From assembly GCA_045613965.1 (NCBI GenBank), contig JAZLBY010000059.1, positions 1 through 56,285 of the forward strand: a stretch of 56,285 nt of DNA. The letters are read 5' to 3'. A program made the translations under genes and the position numbers. A model generated the notes under the pieces. That model ran no database searches and had not been told where the DNA came from. It saw nothing but the letters and a program-made list of their open reading frames with translations. Shown here piece by piece: positions 9,733 to 18,204 of the stretch (the stretch's first letter is position 1; each line of letters opens with the position of its first letter). The DNA is from Candidatus Scatovivens sp. Lineage in GTDB: Bacteria > Bacillota > Clostridia > TANB77 > CAG-508.

Positions 9733-10299
9733 ATGAGAATATGTATAGTTTGTGGAAAAGAACATAATACTAGAAGTAAAAAATATTGTTGTAAAGAATG
9801 TAGAGATAAAGATTATAATCACAGATATTATTTAGAAAACATTGAAAGAAAAAAAGAGCGTGATAGAATAAAATATGAAAAAATAGTAGCAGAAAAATTA
9901 GAAAAAGAAAGAATATATTATGAAGAGCATAAGGAAGAAATCGAAGAGAAAAAAAGAATAAAAGAACAAGAAAGAATTGCTCATAGAAAAGAATATGCTA
10001 AAGAGTATGCTAAAAACAATAAAGACAAAATTAATGCTACAGTAAGAAAATGGTATAAGAATAATCCTGAAAAAAGGAAAAACAACGCTAAAAAATATAG
10101 GGAAAAATACCCAGAAAAAGTAAAAGAAATGAATAGAAGATACAGAGAAAACAACAAAGATAAGCTTAAAGAATATTACGAAAATAACAAAGAACATATA
10201 AATCAAATGCACAAAGAATATTACCAACTTCATAGAGAAGAAATTTTAGAAAAATTAAAATTAAAATATAGGGAGGAAAAAGAAAATGGAAGAAAATAA
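9733..10299 (+). CDS. zinc-ribbon protein with a long K/E/R/Y/N-rich repeat region
   Basis: N-terminal CIVCGK ... CCKEC, followed by reiterated K..Y..NN.EK / YRENNKDK-type units. Confidence 0.6.
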   Translation: MRICIVCGKEHNTRSKKYCCKECRDKDYNHRYYLENIERKKERDRIKYEKIVAEKLEKERIYYEEHKEEIEEKKRIKEQERIAHRKEYAKEYAKNNKDKINATVRKWYKNNPEKRKNNAKKYREKYPEKVKEMNRRYRENNKDKLKEYYENNKEHINQMHKEYYQLHREEILEKLKLKYREEKENGRK

Positions 10300-11005
10300 A
10301 GAAAATGTTTCTATCGAAAAAATAATAGAAAGTGTAAATGGCAAAATACATCAAGACCCAAATAATGCTAAAACTGAAAGTGGAAGTTCAACACCAACAA
10401 AAACTACAGAGCTTGTAGTAGATGATGTTAACAGAAATAAAACTATTGAACCAGCAGAACAACCAAAATCAGAATTACAAATATTTGGAGATAACTGGAG
10501 AATTGCTACACAACTTGCAAAATCATCTCTTATTCCAGATAACTATAAAAACAAGCCAGAGAATGTTATTATAGCATTAGGTATGTCTCAAAAATTAGGA
10601 CTTGATGCGTTTACTTGTATGCAAAACCTTAATGTTATTAAAGGTAAGACAAGCTGGAGTGGTAGTTTTTGTAAGACTTTAATTGAAAAAAGCAATAAAT
10701 TTAAAGACTTGGAACTTAACTATATAGGAGAAAAAGGTAAAGACACTTATGGTTGTTATTTATCTGCCACAAGAATTTCTGATGGAAAAATAATAAAAGG
10801 TCCAGAAGTTACAATGTTAATGGCAAAAGAAGAGGGTTGGACAACAAATAAGAAATGGCTTACACTAACAGATTTAATGTTGGCTTACAGATGTCAAAGC
10901 TTTTTTGCTAGAGTATATTGTCCTGAGGCAATGAACGGTATTTACACAGATGATGAAGTTGCAGAAATACAATCTGAAAAAAGAGTTGTAGAAGATGTTT
11001 TATAA
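10286..11005 (+). CDS. RecT/Red-beta-type single-strand annealing protein (putative)
   Basis: LAKSSLIPDNYKNKPENVIIALGMSQKLGLDAFTCMQNLNVIKGKTSW resembles the conserved SSAP core. A nuclease gene lies nearby. Confidence 0.5.
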   Translation: MEENKENVSIEKIIESVNGKIHQDPNNAKTESGSSTPTKTTELVVDDVNRNKTIEPAEQPKSELQIFGDNWRIATQLAKSSLIPDNYKNKPENVIIALGMSQKLGLDAFTCMQNLNVIKGKTSWSGSFCKTLIEKSNKFKDLELNYIGEKGKDTYGCYLSATRISDGKIIKGPEVTMLMAKEEGWTTNKKWLTLTDLMLAYRCQSFFARVYCPEAMNGIYTDDEVAEIQSEKRVVEDVL

Positions 11006-11031
11006 AAAAATATAAAATTTTAAAAATGTTA

Positions 11032-11060
11032 TTGACATTATATCAACTTAGTGGTATCAT
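11032..11060 (+). promoter_or_regulatory. sigA-type promoter with extended -10
   Basis: TTGACA, 17 nt spacer, TATCAT, preceded by TGg. Confidence 0.55.
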
Positions 11061-11092
11061 ATAAAAAATCGTAAAAGTGAGGTAATAAATTT

Positions 11093-11338
11093 ATGGTAAT
11101 ACAAGGAGAAATAAGTAATTTAAAGAATGGTAAATATGGTTTAGAATTTAATGGTTATTTATTCTTTGATGGAGAAATTACAATAACTCCAGAACAATCA
11201 GAATTTAGTGGAACTCAAATAGTTATCGATAAAAAATCAGCACTAGAAATAGCATATACTTTATTTGATAGTATAGGAATGCTAAGTAATCAGGCTGAAA
11301 AATTATTAGAACAAATAGAAGAAAGGATAATTGAATAA
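11093..11338 (+). CDS. hypothetical protein
   Basis: ORF with GTGAGG RBS, first gene after the promoter. Confidence 0.5.
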   Translation: MVIQGEISNLKNGKYGLEFNGYLFFDGEITITPEQSEFSGTQIVIDKKSALEIAYTLFDSIGMLSNQAEKLLEQIEERIIE

Positions 11339-11559
11339 TGGATTTTAAAAAACAAATAAATAAAGAATTTTATAAAGCACAAATAGAAAGTGCTGCAAAT
11401 AATTTAATAAGTAGAGCAGATGATATTTTAGAAGATTGGGATAAGGGAGTAAGAGCAATTCATTTTGACATAGATATTACACCTTGTTCAAACGCTATTG
11501 TAACTATTACAAAAGAATATACTGCAAGGGAGGTAAATAAAGATGCAAATAACAGATAG
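11338..11559 (+). CDS. hypothetical protein
   Basis: ATG overlaps the previous stop (TAATG). Confidence 0.5.
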   Translation: MDFKKQINKEFYKAQIESAANNLISRADDILEDWDKGVRAIHFDIDITPCSNAIVTITKEYTAREVNKDANNR

Positions 11560-11731
11560 AAAAATACAAAGAAATTTTTTAAAGAAATATATGGGAAGTA
11601 ACAGAATAAGAAAAGCTTGGAGAGATTTCCAAATACATAAATACGGATTAGAACAATATGTAGATATGTATAATAGAAATCAAAATAAAAAAACTAAAAG
11701 AATTACACCTTATAATGCAAATATGATTTAG
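11543..11731 (+). CDS. hypothetical basic protein
   Basis: ORF with GGGAGG RBS. Confidence 0.45.
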   Translation: MQITDRKIQRNFLKKYMGSNRIRKAWRDFQIHKYGLEQYVDMYNRNQNKKTKRITPYNANMI

Positions 11732-11741
11732 GAGGTAATAT

Positions 11742-12581
11742 ATGGAATTAGTAGAAGAAAATTATTTTAGTGATGCTGCTAGAAAACTTTATACTGGTAG
11801 CTCAGAAATTAAATCTTTCATGGATTGTGAAGCTAGAACAATGGCAGAAATAAATGGAGATTGGAAAGAAGAACCTAATAAGGCTATTTTAGTTGGAAGT
11901 TATGTTGATGCAGGAGTATCTCAAACTTTAGACAAATTTAGAGAAGAGCACCCAGAATTATATACACAAAAAGGAACTTTAAAGGCAGAATTTTTACAAG
12001 CCGAATATATTTTAAGCAGAATTGATAGAGATGAATTGTTTAAAAAATATATTTCTGGAGACCATCAAACAATTATGACAGCAGCTTATAGTATAAAAAG
12101 TGGAATGTGGTTTTCAGAAAAAGAAATGCCTATGAGTGATAATCCTGATATAATTTATGTAAAAATAAAAATAGATAGTTATTTTCCACATAAAGCAATC
12201 GTAGATTTAAAATGTATAAAAGATTTTCAACCTCTATGGAATGATAAAACAAAGGAAAAAGAAAATTTTGTAGACTATTGGAAATATCATTTACAAGGTG
12301 CTTTATACCAAAAAGTAGTAGAAGTCAATACAGGAGAGAAATTACCTTTCTTTATTGCTGCAGTAACAAAAGAAGCTGAGCCAGATATTGCAATTTTAAG
12401 TATTGACCAAGATACATTAGATAATCAATTAAATATTATAGAACAAATTTTACCTAGAGTTAATGCTTTGAAATTAGGCTCAGAAGAACCTACAAGATGT
12501 GAACATTGTAATTATTGCCGTTTTACTAAGAAATTAACTCAAATAATTGATTATAAATATCTAGGAAAGGAGGAATTGTAA
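11742..12581 (+). CDS. PD-(D/E)XK exonuclease, Cas4/RecB-like, with a Cys cluster
   Basis: IVDLKC (D/E-x-K), QGALYQ (QxxxY). One N-terminal Cys (MDCEAR) plus C-terminal CEHCNYC. Confidence 0.65.
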   Translation: MELVEENYFSDAARKLYTGSSEIKSFMDCEARTMAEINGDWKEEPNKAILVGSYVDAGVSQTLDKFREEHPELYTQKGTLKAEFLQAEYILSRIDRDELFKKYISGDHQTIMTAAYSIKSGMWFSEKEMPMSDNPDIIYVKIKIDSYFPHKAIVDLKCIKDFQPLWNDKTKEKENFVDYWKYHLQGALYQKVVEVNTGEKLPFFIAAVTKEAEPDIAILSIDQDTLDNQLNIIEQILPRVNALKLGSEEPTRCEHCNYCRFTKKLTQIIDYKYLGKEEL

Positions 12582-12582
12582 T

Positions 12583-12939
12583 ATGATAGCAACAATTTTA
12601 TTAGTTATTGCCAATTGCTTATTTTTATTAGGTGCAATAATTGCAACTTTAACAAATAAAAGATTAAAAGATTATAATGAATTACTTGAACAATCTAATA
12701 AAGATTTATCAGAAGAATTAGCAAAAACTAAAAATGAACTAAAAGAGCAAAAAGAAAAGTTAGAAGCATTCCAACTTACATATTCAACTTTAGATAATAA
12801 ATATTCTGAATTAGAAAAACAAGCTAAGAAAAAAATAAAAGCTTCTGATAAAAAAACTACAACTAGAAAAACAACTAAAAAAGAAGAAACTAAAAAAACT
12901 ACAACTAGAAAACCTAGAACTAAAAAGGAGGACAAATAA
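12583..12939 (+). CDS. membrane-anchored coiled-coil protein with a K/T-rich basic tail
   Basis: N-terminal TM segment, heptad-like middle section, KKTTTRK repeats. A 21-nt DNA repeat AAAAAAACTACAACTAGAAAA occurs twice. Confidence 0.55.
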   Translation: MIATILLVIANCLFLLGAIIATLTNKRLKDYNELLEQSNKDLSEELAKTKNELKEQKEKLEAFQLTYSTLDNKYSELEKQAKKKIKASDKKTTTRKTTKKEETKKTTTRKPRTKKEDK

Positions 12940-12941
12940 TT

Positions 12942-13181
12942 ATGCGAAAACAAAAAGAAATTCAAGAATATTTAGATGAAGCATTTGATAAAGTATGGTT
13001 ATGTAGAAGCCACCCTTGTAATGATGAGAATATTGAAAGAAATAGAATGCAAAAAGTAGCAGAAATACTTTCAAATTACAAGGATATTCCAGAAAGCGAT
13101 TGGGATTACGGATATTGGAGTGGAATATTAGCTGCTTTAAGATGGGTTTTAGGAGAAGAAAAAGATTTTTTAGATACATAA
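12942..13181 (+). CDS. hypothetical protein
   Basis: ORF with AGGAGGA RBS. Confidence 0.5.
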   Translation: MRKQKEIQEYLDEAFDKVWLCRSHPCNDENIERNRMQKVAEILSNYKDIPESDWDYGYWSGILAALRWVLGEEKDFLDT

Positions 13182-13195
13182 TGGGAGGATAAATT

Positions 13196-13591
13196 ATGAA
13201 CAAAGTAGTATTAATGGGAAGATTGACAAAAGATGTTGATACAAGATATACACAAACAACAAATACTTTAGTAGCTAATTTTACATTAGCAGTTAATAGA
13301 AGATTTGTTAAAGAAGGAGAAGAAAGACAAGCAGACTTCCTTCCAGTTATAGCTTTTGGTAAAACTGGAGAATTTTGTAGTAAATATTTTAAAAAAGGTC
13401 AACAAGTAGGAGTAATAGGAAGAATTCAAACAAGAAACTATGATGATGACCAAGGACAAAAACATTATATAACAGAGGTAGTAGCAGAAGAAGTTTATTT
13501 TGCAGATAGCAAAAGAGATGATAACCCAGCTCCTATTAATGTTGAACCTCAACCAACTTTTGAAGGGGATAATTTAGATTTACCTTTCTAG
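13196..13591 (+). CDS. ssb: single-stranded DNA-binding protein
   Basis: MNKVVLMGRLTKD ... FTLAVNR OB-fold N-terminus and an acidic C-terminal tip ending DLPF. Confidence 0.9.
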   Translation: MNKVVLMGRLTKDVDTRYTQTTNTLVANFTLAVNRRFVKEGEERQADFLPVIAFGKTGEFCSKYFKKGQQVGVIGRIQTRNYDDDQGQKHYITEVVAEEVYFADSKRDDNPAPINVEPQPTFEGDNLDLPF

Positions 13592-13602
13592 TAGAAGATA
13601 TT

Positions 13603-13640
13603 AAGGCATATTACTTATAAAAGTATATGCCTTTTATATT
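13603..13640 (+). terminator. rho-independent terminator
   Basis: AAGGCATAT / ATATGCCTT stem, 13-nt loop, TTTTATATT tail. Confidence 0.55.
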
Positions 13641-13674
13641 AAAATGTCTTAAAATCGATTTTGGAGTGAATGAT

Positions 13675-14238
13675 ATGGAGAAAAACAGATGCAAAGGTTG
13701 TATTTTTCTAAAAAAATACGAAGAAGATAAAATATTTGGTTATTGTGTAAACGATAAATGTAAGAGACAATCAAAACAATTGATAAGTGAACTTTCTGCA
13801 GCATGTAGATATAAAGAAACTGTGGAAAATGTGGAAAAACCTGTGGAAAAATTAAGCAATAAAAAGCTTGGAAGTAATTTTGAAAATGATTTTGCAGAGT
13901 ACCTTTCTAAAAAAGGTTATTGGGTCGCTCAGTTCCCAGGAAAGGATTATACGAATTCTCAACCAGCAGATATGATAGCCTGCAAAAATGATAAACCTTA
14001 TTTAATAGATTGTAAAACTCTTGCAAATAAGAGTGGAACATTTACTTTAGATAGATTAGAACAAAATCAAAGAATGGCTTATAAAAGATTTATACAAGCA
14101 GGAAATAAAAAATATTACTTAGCAATTCTTTGGAACAATAATGTGTATCTAGTAAGCTTAAACAAAATTGATTTGAGATGGAAAAGTTTTAATGTTAAAG
14201 ATTATACTTGTATTAAGGAGAACTTTTATGAAGGTTAA
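13675..14238 (+). CDS. RecU/Hjc-like Holliday-junction resolvase with an N-terminal zinc ribbon
   Basis: CKGC ... C..DKC, then NFENDFAEYL ... ADMIAC ... YLIDCKT ... FTLDRLEQNQ, which fits the PD-(D/E)XK RecU pattern. Start chosen after a GGAG RBS. The track start at 13627 lies inside the terminator. Confidence 0.6.
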   Translation: MEKNRCKGCIFLKKYEEDKIFGYCVNDKCKRQSKQLISELSAACRYKETVENVEKPVEKLSNKKLGSNFENDFAEYLSKKGYWVAQFPGKDYTNSQPADMIACKNDKPYLIDCKTLANKSGTFTLDRLEQNQRMAYKRFIQAGNKKYYLAILWNNNVYLVSLNKIDLRWKSFNVKDYTCIKENFYEG

Positions 14239-15607
14239 AGTAGATAGTAGAATAGAAATAATAAATCCTAATAAAGATATTGTACAATATTGTAGACAAT
14301 TTCTTACTATAAAGAACCCAGAAATTCAAAAGAAAAAAGCTATGGGTTTCTGGACAGGAAATCTGCCAAAAGATATAAAAATGTATTCTTTAAATGGAAA
14401 TAATTTAATTATTCCTATGGGTTGCATCGATGATATTTGGAACATATATCCACATAAAGAAGATTATTCTATAAACTTTGGAAAGCATGATAAGATTGAA
14501 TTTCCAGATAATTTAATAAAACCTTATGACTATCAAGAGCAAGCAATTCAAAAGATGTTAAAAGCAAAAAGAGGAATATTAAATGCAAGATGTGGCTCTG
14601 GAAAAAGTATTATGGCTTTAGAAATAATTAGAAGAATAGGTTATAAAGCTTTAATTGTATGCCATACAACAGAATTACTAAACCAATTCAAGGATTATTT
14701 AGTTAATGATTTAGGGTTAAGTAAAGGAGAATACGGAATTATTGCAGCAGGTAAAGTTGAAATAGGTTCTTTAGTAACAGTTGCTTTGAGACAAACATTA
14801 GTTAATATAGATTTGCTTCAATATAAATTTGAATGGGGAACTATAATAATAGATGAATGTCATAATATAGCTGGAAATACTACTTATGTATCTCAATATC
14901 AAAAAATATTAAACAATTTAGCTGCTGAATACAGAATAGGTCTTACAGCAACAGCATTTAGAAATGATGGACTTACTAATTGTATGTTCTCATTAATCAA
15001 CAAAGTTAAAGCAGTTGTTGATGAAAAAGATATCGCAGACAAAATAATCAAAGCAGAAATAAAACCTATTTATACTAATTATGAAATCCCTTTTTATGCT
15101 ACCAAAACTGATGGAACATTAGACTATGTTAAGATGCCTACTTGTATGGCAGAAGATAAGGAAAGAAATGAACTTATATTAGATTTATTAAGAAAAAATA
15201 AAAATAATTATTGTTTAATTTTATCAGACAGATTAGTAGGCTTACAATATCTTAGAGAAAAATTAGGAGAAGGTTTATTAATTGATGGTTCTCAGAATTC
15301 TAAAAAAGCTAAAAAAGAAAGAGAAGAAGCAATAAATAAAATGAGAAATAAAGAAGAACACTATTTGTTTGCAACGCTTCAACTAGCAAGGGAAGGATTA
15401 GATATAAAGCCATTAAATAGATTATTCTTAATAGCTCCAACTAAAAACAAAGCTGTCTTAATACAAGCAGTAGGTAGAGTTGAAAGAAAAGATGAGGGAA
15501 AGAAAACTCCTATTGTCTATGATTTTGTAGATAATGATTTATATTATGACAAAGCTTTTAAATCAAGAAAAACAATTTATAAAAAAAATGGAAATATTTT
15601 AATTTAA
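14228..15607 (+). CDS. SF2 DEAD/DEAH-box DNA helicase
   Basis: Walker A CGSGKS, IIIDECH (DExH), LTATAFR, QAVGRVERK (motif VI). Confidence 0.8.
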   Translation: MKVKVDSRIEIINPNKDIVQYCRQFLTIKNPEIQKKKAMGFWTGNLPKDIKMYSLNGNNLIIPMGCIDDIWNIYPHKEDYSINFGKHDKIEFPDNLIKPYDYQEQAIQKMLKAKRGILNARCGSGKSIMALEIIRRIGYKALIVCHTTELLNQFKDYLVNDLGLSKGEYGIIAAGKVEIGSLVTVALRQTLVNIDLLQYKFEWGTIIIDECHNIAGNTTYVSQYQKILNNLAAEYRIGLTATAFRNDGLTNCMFSLINKVKAVVDEKDIADKIIKAEIKPIYTNYEIPFYATKTDGTLDYVKMPTCMAEDKERNELILDLLRKNKNNYCLILSDRLVGLQYLREKLGEGLLIDGSQNSKKAKKEREEAINKMRNKEEHYLFATLQLAREGLDIKPLNRLFLIAPTKNKAVLIQAVGRVERKDEGKKTPIVYDFVDNDLYYDKAFKSRKTIYKKNGNILI

Positions 15608-15628
15608 TATCAAGAAAGGAAAATAAAA

Positions 15629-15829
15629 ATGAAAGAAATGTATATTTTAAAAGAAAATCTAGTTATTGAAAACCAAACAGATTTCGCAGAAAAAGTAGGT
15701 ATAGCCCTCGAAACATTGTCAAGAATATTATCAAGAAAACAAAAATGCTCAAAAGTTACAGCTTATTCTATAGCTAAACATTATAACGAACATAGAGATA
15801 TAGAAAATTATTTTGAAAGAGTGGATTAG
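15629..15829 (+). CDS. small HTH DNA-binding protein
   Basis: QTDFAEKVGIALETLSRILS resembles a helix-turn-helix. Confidence 0.45.
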   Translation: MKEMYILKENLVIENQTDFAEKVGIALETLSRILSRKQKCSKVTAYSIAKHYNEHRDIENYFERVD

Positions 15830-15830
15830 T

Positions 15831-16361
15831 ATGAATGTTGTAAAAGAACAATTGTTAAGCATATTAAATATGCAAGATGTTTTAACTAAATATGGTGTTA
15901 AACCTGAAAGAGGTGGAATGTTTCATTGTCCTTTTCATGGAATAGATAAAAATGCCTCTTCAAAGTGTTATAAAAATAGTTTTTATTGCTTCACATGTAA
16001 TAAACATGGCGATTTTATTCAGTTTGTTCAATATTTATATAATCTTAATTTTCAAGAAGCTATGAATAAAATAATAGATGACTTTAATTTAGGAATAAAA
16101 ACTACTGGTTATTATAATAAATCTAAAATTTTAGAAATGCAAAGACAAAGAGAACTTGAAATTCAAAAAAAAGAAGAACAAAGAAAATACTTTATAAAGT
16201 TATGTAATAGAAAAGATTTATATAATAGATTAGCAGAAAATTGTGAAGCTCAATTAAATAAAGATAATTGGGAAGAACAAACTTATCTTTCATCTTATTA
16301 TAGAAATAGAGCCAATTTATTAGAAATATATATTTGTGATAAATACAATATACAATATTAA
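15831..16361 (+). CDS. CHC2 (DnaG-type) zinc-finger protein without a recognisable TOPRIM domain
   Basis: FHCPFHGIDKNASSKCY ... FYCFTCNKHGD is the primase CHC2 finger. The remainder is coiled-coil-like. Confidence 0.65.
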   Translation: MNVVKEQLLSILNMQDVLTKYGVKPERGGMFHCPFHGIDKNASSKCYKNSFYCFTCNKHGDFIQFVQYLYNLNFQEAMNKIIDDFNLGIKTTGYYNKSKILEMQRQRELEIQKKEEQRKYFIKLCNRKDLYNRLAENCEAQLNKDNWEEQTYLSSYYRNRANLLEIYICDKYNIQY

Positions 16362-16400
16362 AAGAGCTATTCATAAAATTGAACAGCTCTTTATTTTTAT
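16361..16400 (+). terminator. terminator at the convergence point of the two arms
   Basis: AAAGAGCT / AGCTCTTT stem followed by ATTTTTATT. Lies between convergent genes. Confidence 0.55.
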
Positions 16401-16418
16401 TAATCAACTATTGGTCAA

Positions 16419-17375
16419 TTAATTAAATAATTTATAACCTGTCTCTGGTCCATATACACCATCTACATTTAAGTCATTATTTCCTTGGAATACTTTTATA
16501 GCATATTCTGTACCATCTCCATATATTCCATCTATTCCATTGCAATCATATCCTCTACAATATGCCATTGACTGAATAGCTTTTACTATATCTCCTCTAG
16601 AGCCTTTTCTTAATATAGGAGTTTCTTCTTTAGTATTTTCTCCAAATATTCCATCAACATCTAAATTTCCTTTATATTTATAATTGATTTCTATTTGATA
16701 TACAGAAGTTAATCCCCATTGTGTTTGAGGTCCAAAGAAACCATCTACTGCTATATTAGCTCCATAAGTATTTACCCATTCTTGTATTTCTCTTATTGTA
16801 TCATCTCCACTTGGTTCTGGAGGTGTTGGTCCTGGGTCTTCATTATAATCTGGTCTTGCATAACCATAAATATAACCACTTGTTTTATAATATTCTTTTT
16901 GTGCTACTTTTCCACCATTTGCTACAAGTCCTGTAGTTCCTGATGTATTTCCTTCTACTGTATAGATTTTTTTGTCATCTGTGTCCATTACTATTCCTAT
17001 ATGTTCACAATTTCCAAAAAATACTAAATCTCCTGGTTTTGGATTATTTATAGTTCTTCCTGCAGCTTTGAAAGTATTATAAGCTTGTGTACAACTTGCT
17101 GTCCAATCTAATAATAATTCTGCAGCTCTATCTGTACCGAAAGATTGAACAAAACACCAGTCTACAAATACTTTACACCAAGCATAACCTTGTTTAGGAC
17201 CATTATAAACTGCTAGGTCGTCCATCTCTTTAGCATATTTTGTAACATTGTCTCTTCCTGCTCCTGCTACTTTATCGTATATTATTGTAGGGTCATTGTT
17301 ATATGCTTCCCAAGATTTTTCTAAATAATCTACTTCATCTATAGCAGTTGTTCGTAAAATATCTATTTCTGCCAT
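16419..17375 (-). CDS. endolysin: N-terminal CHAP amidase/peptidase plus C-terminal PG_binding_1-type repeats
   Basis: GYAWCKVFVDWC (catalytic Cys), GDLVFFGNCEHIGIV ... VEGNT (His). Repeated DG.FGP.T / DGIYGDGT / DGVYGPETG motifs. Confidence 0.85.
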   Translation of the reverse strand: MAEIDILRTTAIDEVDYLEKSWEAYNNDPTIIYDKVAGAGRDNVTKYAKEMDDLAVYNGPKQGYAWCKVFVDWCFVQSFGTDRAAELLLDWTASCTQAYNTFKAAGRTINNPKPGDLVFFGNCEHIGIVMDTDDKKIYTVEGNTSGTTGLVANGGKVAQKEYYKTSGYIYGYARPDYNEDPGPTPPEPSGDDTIREIQEWVNTYGANIAVDGFFGPQTQWGLTSVYQIEINYKYKGNLDVDGIFGENTKEETPILRKGSRGDIVKAIQSMAYCRGYDCNGIDGIYGDGTEYAIKVFQGNNDLNVDGVYGPETGYKLFN

Positions 17376-17376
17376 A

Positions 17377-17589
17377 TTATTTTTCCTCCTTATTTTTATT
17401 ATAGGTAATTGTTGATATGCCTAAAATCGCACCTAAAAATGTTTGAATTGCTGCTATTGTTCCAATTACTTGTTCTGCATAAGGAAATCCCCATATTCCA
17501 CTTAATGCAAAATATAATGCAGATATGGCTGGTAACAATATAATAGTTATCCATTTAAGCACATTATAAACATTGTCTGGTAATTTCAT
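17377..17589 (-). CDS. holin (Dp-1 / LL-H-like)
   Basis: MKLPDNVYNVLKWITIILLPAISALYFALSGIWGFPY ... two TM segments, directly upstream of the endolysin. Start chosen after a GGAGGAG RBS. Confidence 0.75.
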   Translation of the reverse strand: MKLPDNVYNVLKWITIILLPAISALYFALSGIWGFPYAEQVIGTIAAIQTFLGAILGISTITYNKNKEEK

Positions 17590-17611
17590 AATATCTCCTC
17601 CTTTTTTGTTC

Positions 17612-17640
17612 ATTATATCAGACTAAAAAATAAAAAACAA
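17612..17640 (-). promoter_or_regulatory. possible promoter of the lysis genes
   Basis: On the minus strand: TTGTTT, 17 nt spacer, TATAAT, with a TGa extended -10. Confidence 0.35.
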
Positions 17641-17674
17641 TAGCAGTATTATAATTTATTATAACTTGCTATTG
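17624..17674 (-). terminator. rho-independent terminator
   Basis: CAATAGCA / TGCTATTG stem followed on the minus strand by TTTTTTATTTTTT. Confidence 0.5.
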
Positions 17675-17750
17675 CTTTAGATATAATTTGAAAAGCCAGA
17701 CTTTTATAAATCATTTATAAAAACCTAATGAAATTATACTTGACTATCTT

Positions 17751-18081
17751 TTAAAAGTCAATAATATTATATAGATTTTCTAAATATTCTTTTACTATTC
17801 TATTAATAGAATTATTACTAAATGCCACTAATTCACATACATCTTCATATCCAAAAGTTTCATCATTATTTTGATTAGTATGTCCATTTTCATATAGCCA
17901 AACGTGCATAAGCTCATGTTTCAATGTAATCATCATTTGATTAGAATTTCCGTTTTTCAATATAAATTATTCCTTTTTCATATTGAGATTGACCTACATA
18001 AGAGTTTTTACCTTCTATTTTATCAACATTATATATAGTATATATATGATTATTAATTATAAATTTGCATATTTCTTTCAT
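17751..18081 (-). pseudogene. HExxH (SprT/ImmA-like) small metallopeptidase split by a 1-nt frameshift
   Basis: The N-fragment (18081-17941) has ATG with a GAGG RBS. The C-fragment carries LKHELMHVW and has no ATG or RBS. The frames overlap by 20 nt around GAAAAACGG. Confidence 0.55.
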
Positions 18082-18099
18082 AGTTACCTCTAAAAATGT

Positions 18100-18174
18100 T
18101 GGAGGCGTGAATAGGAATTGAACCTATGTATAAAGTTTTGCAGACTTTCTCCTCAACCACTCGGACATCACGCC
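18100..18174 (-). tRNA. tRNA-Cys (GCA)
   Basis: Folded by hand. Acceptor GGCGUGA/UCACGCC, anticodon stem AAAGU/ACUUU, loop CUGCAAA, T-arm AUAGG-UUCAAUU-CCUAU, discriminator U73, encoded CCA. Confidence 0.85.
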
Positions 18175-18204
18175 ATTAAAAAGGTTGCCTATTAAACCTT
18201 ATTG

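Noticed and set aside
13648-13662. The 15-mer CTTAAAATCGATTTT, containing the 12-bp palindrome AAAATCGATTTT, is shared with 51374-51388 and could be a common operator.
   Set aside because: In a genome this A+T-rich, my rough estimate is that tens of identical 15-mer pairs are expected by chance in 56 kb. Nothing else links the two sites.
13627-13674. The longer start (13627) for the resolvase gene, and similar long starts at 5326, 9066, 9712, 14192, 15813, 17613 and 52297.
   Set aside because: These alternative starts lack an RBS, overlap the upstream gene or a terminator, or are themselves part of the RBS. In-frame downstream starts with an AGGAGG-type RBS fit better.
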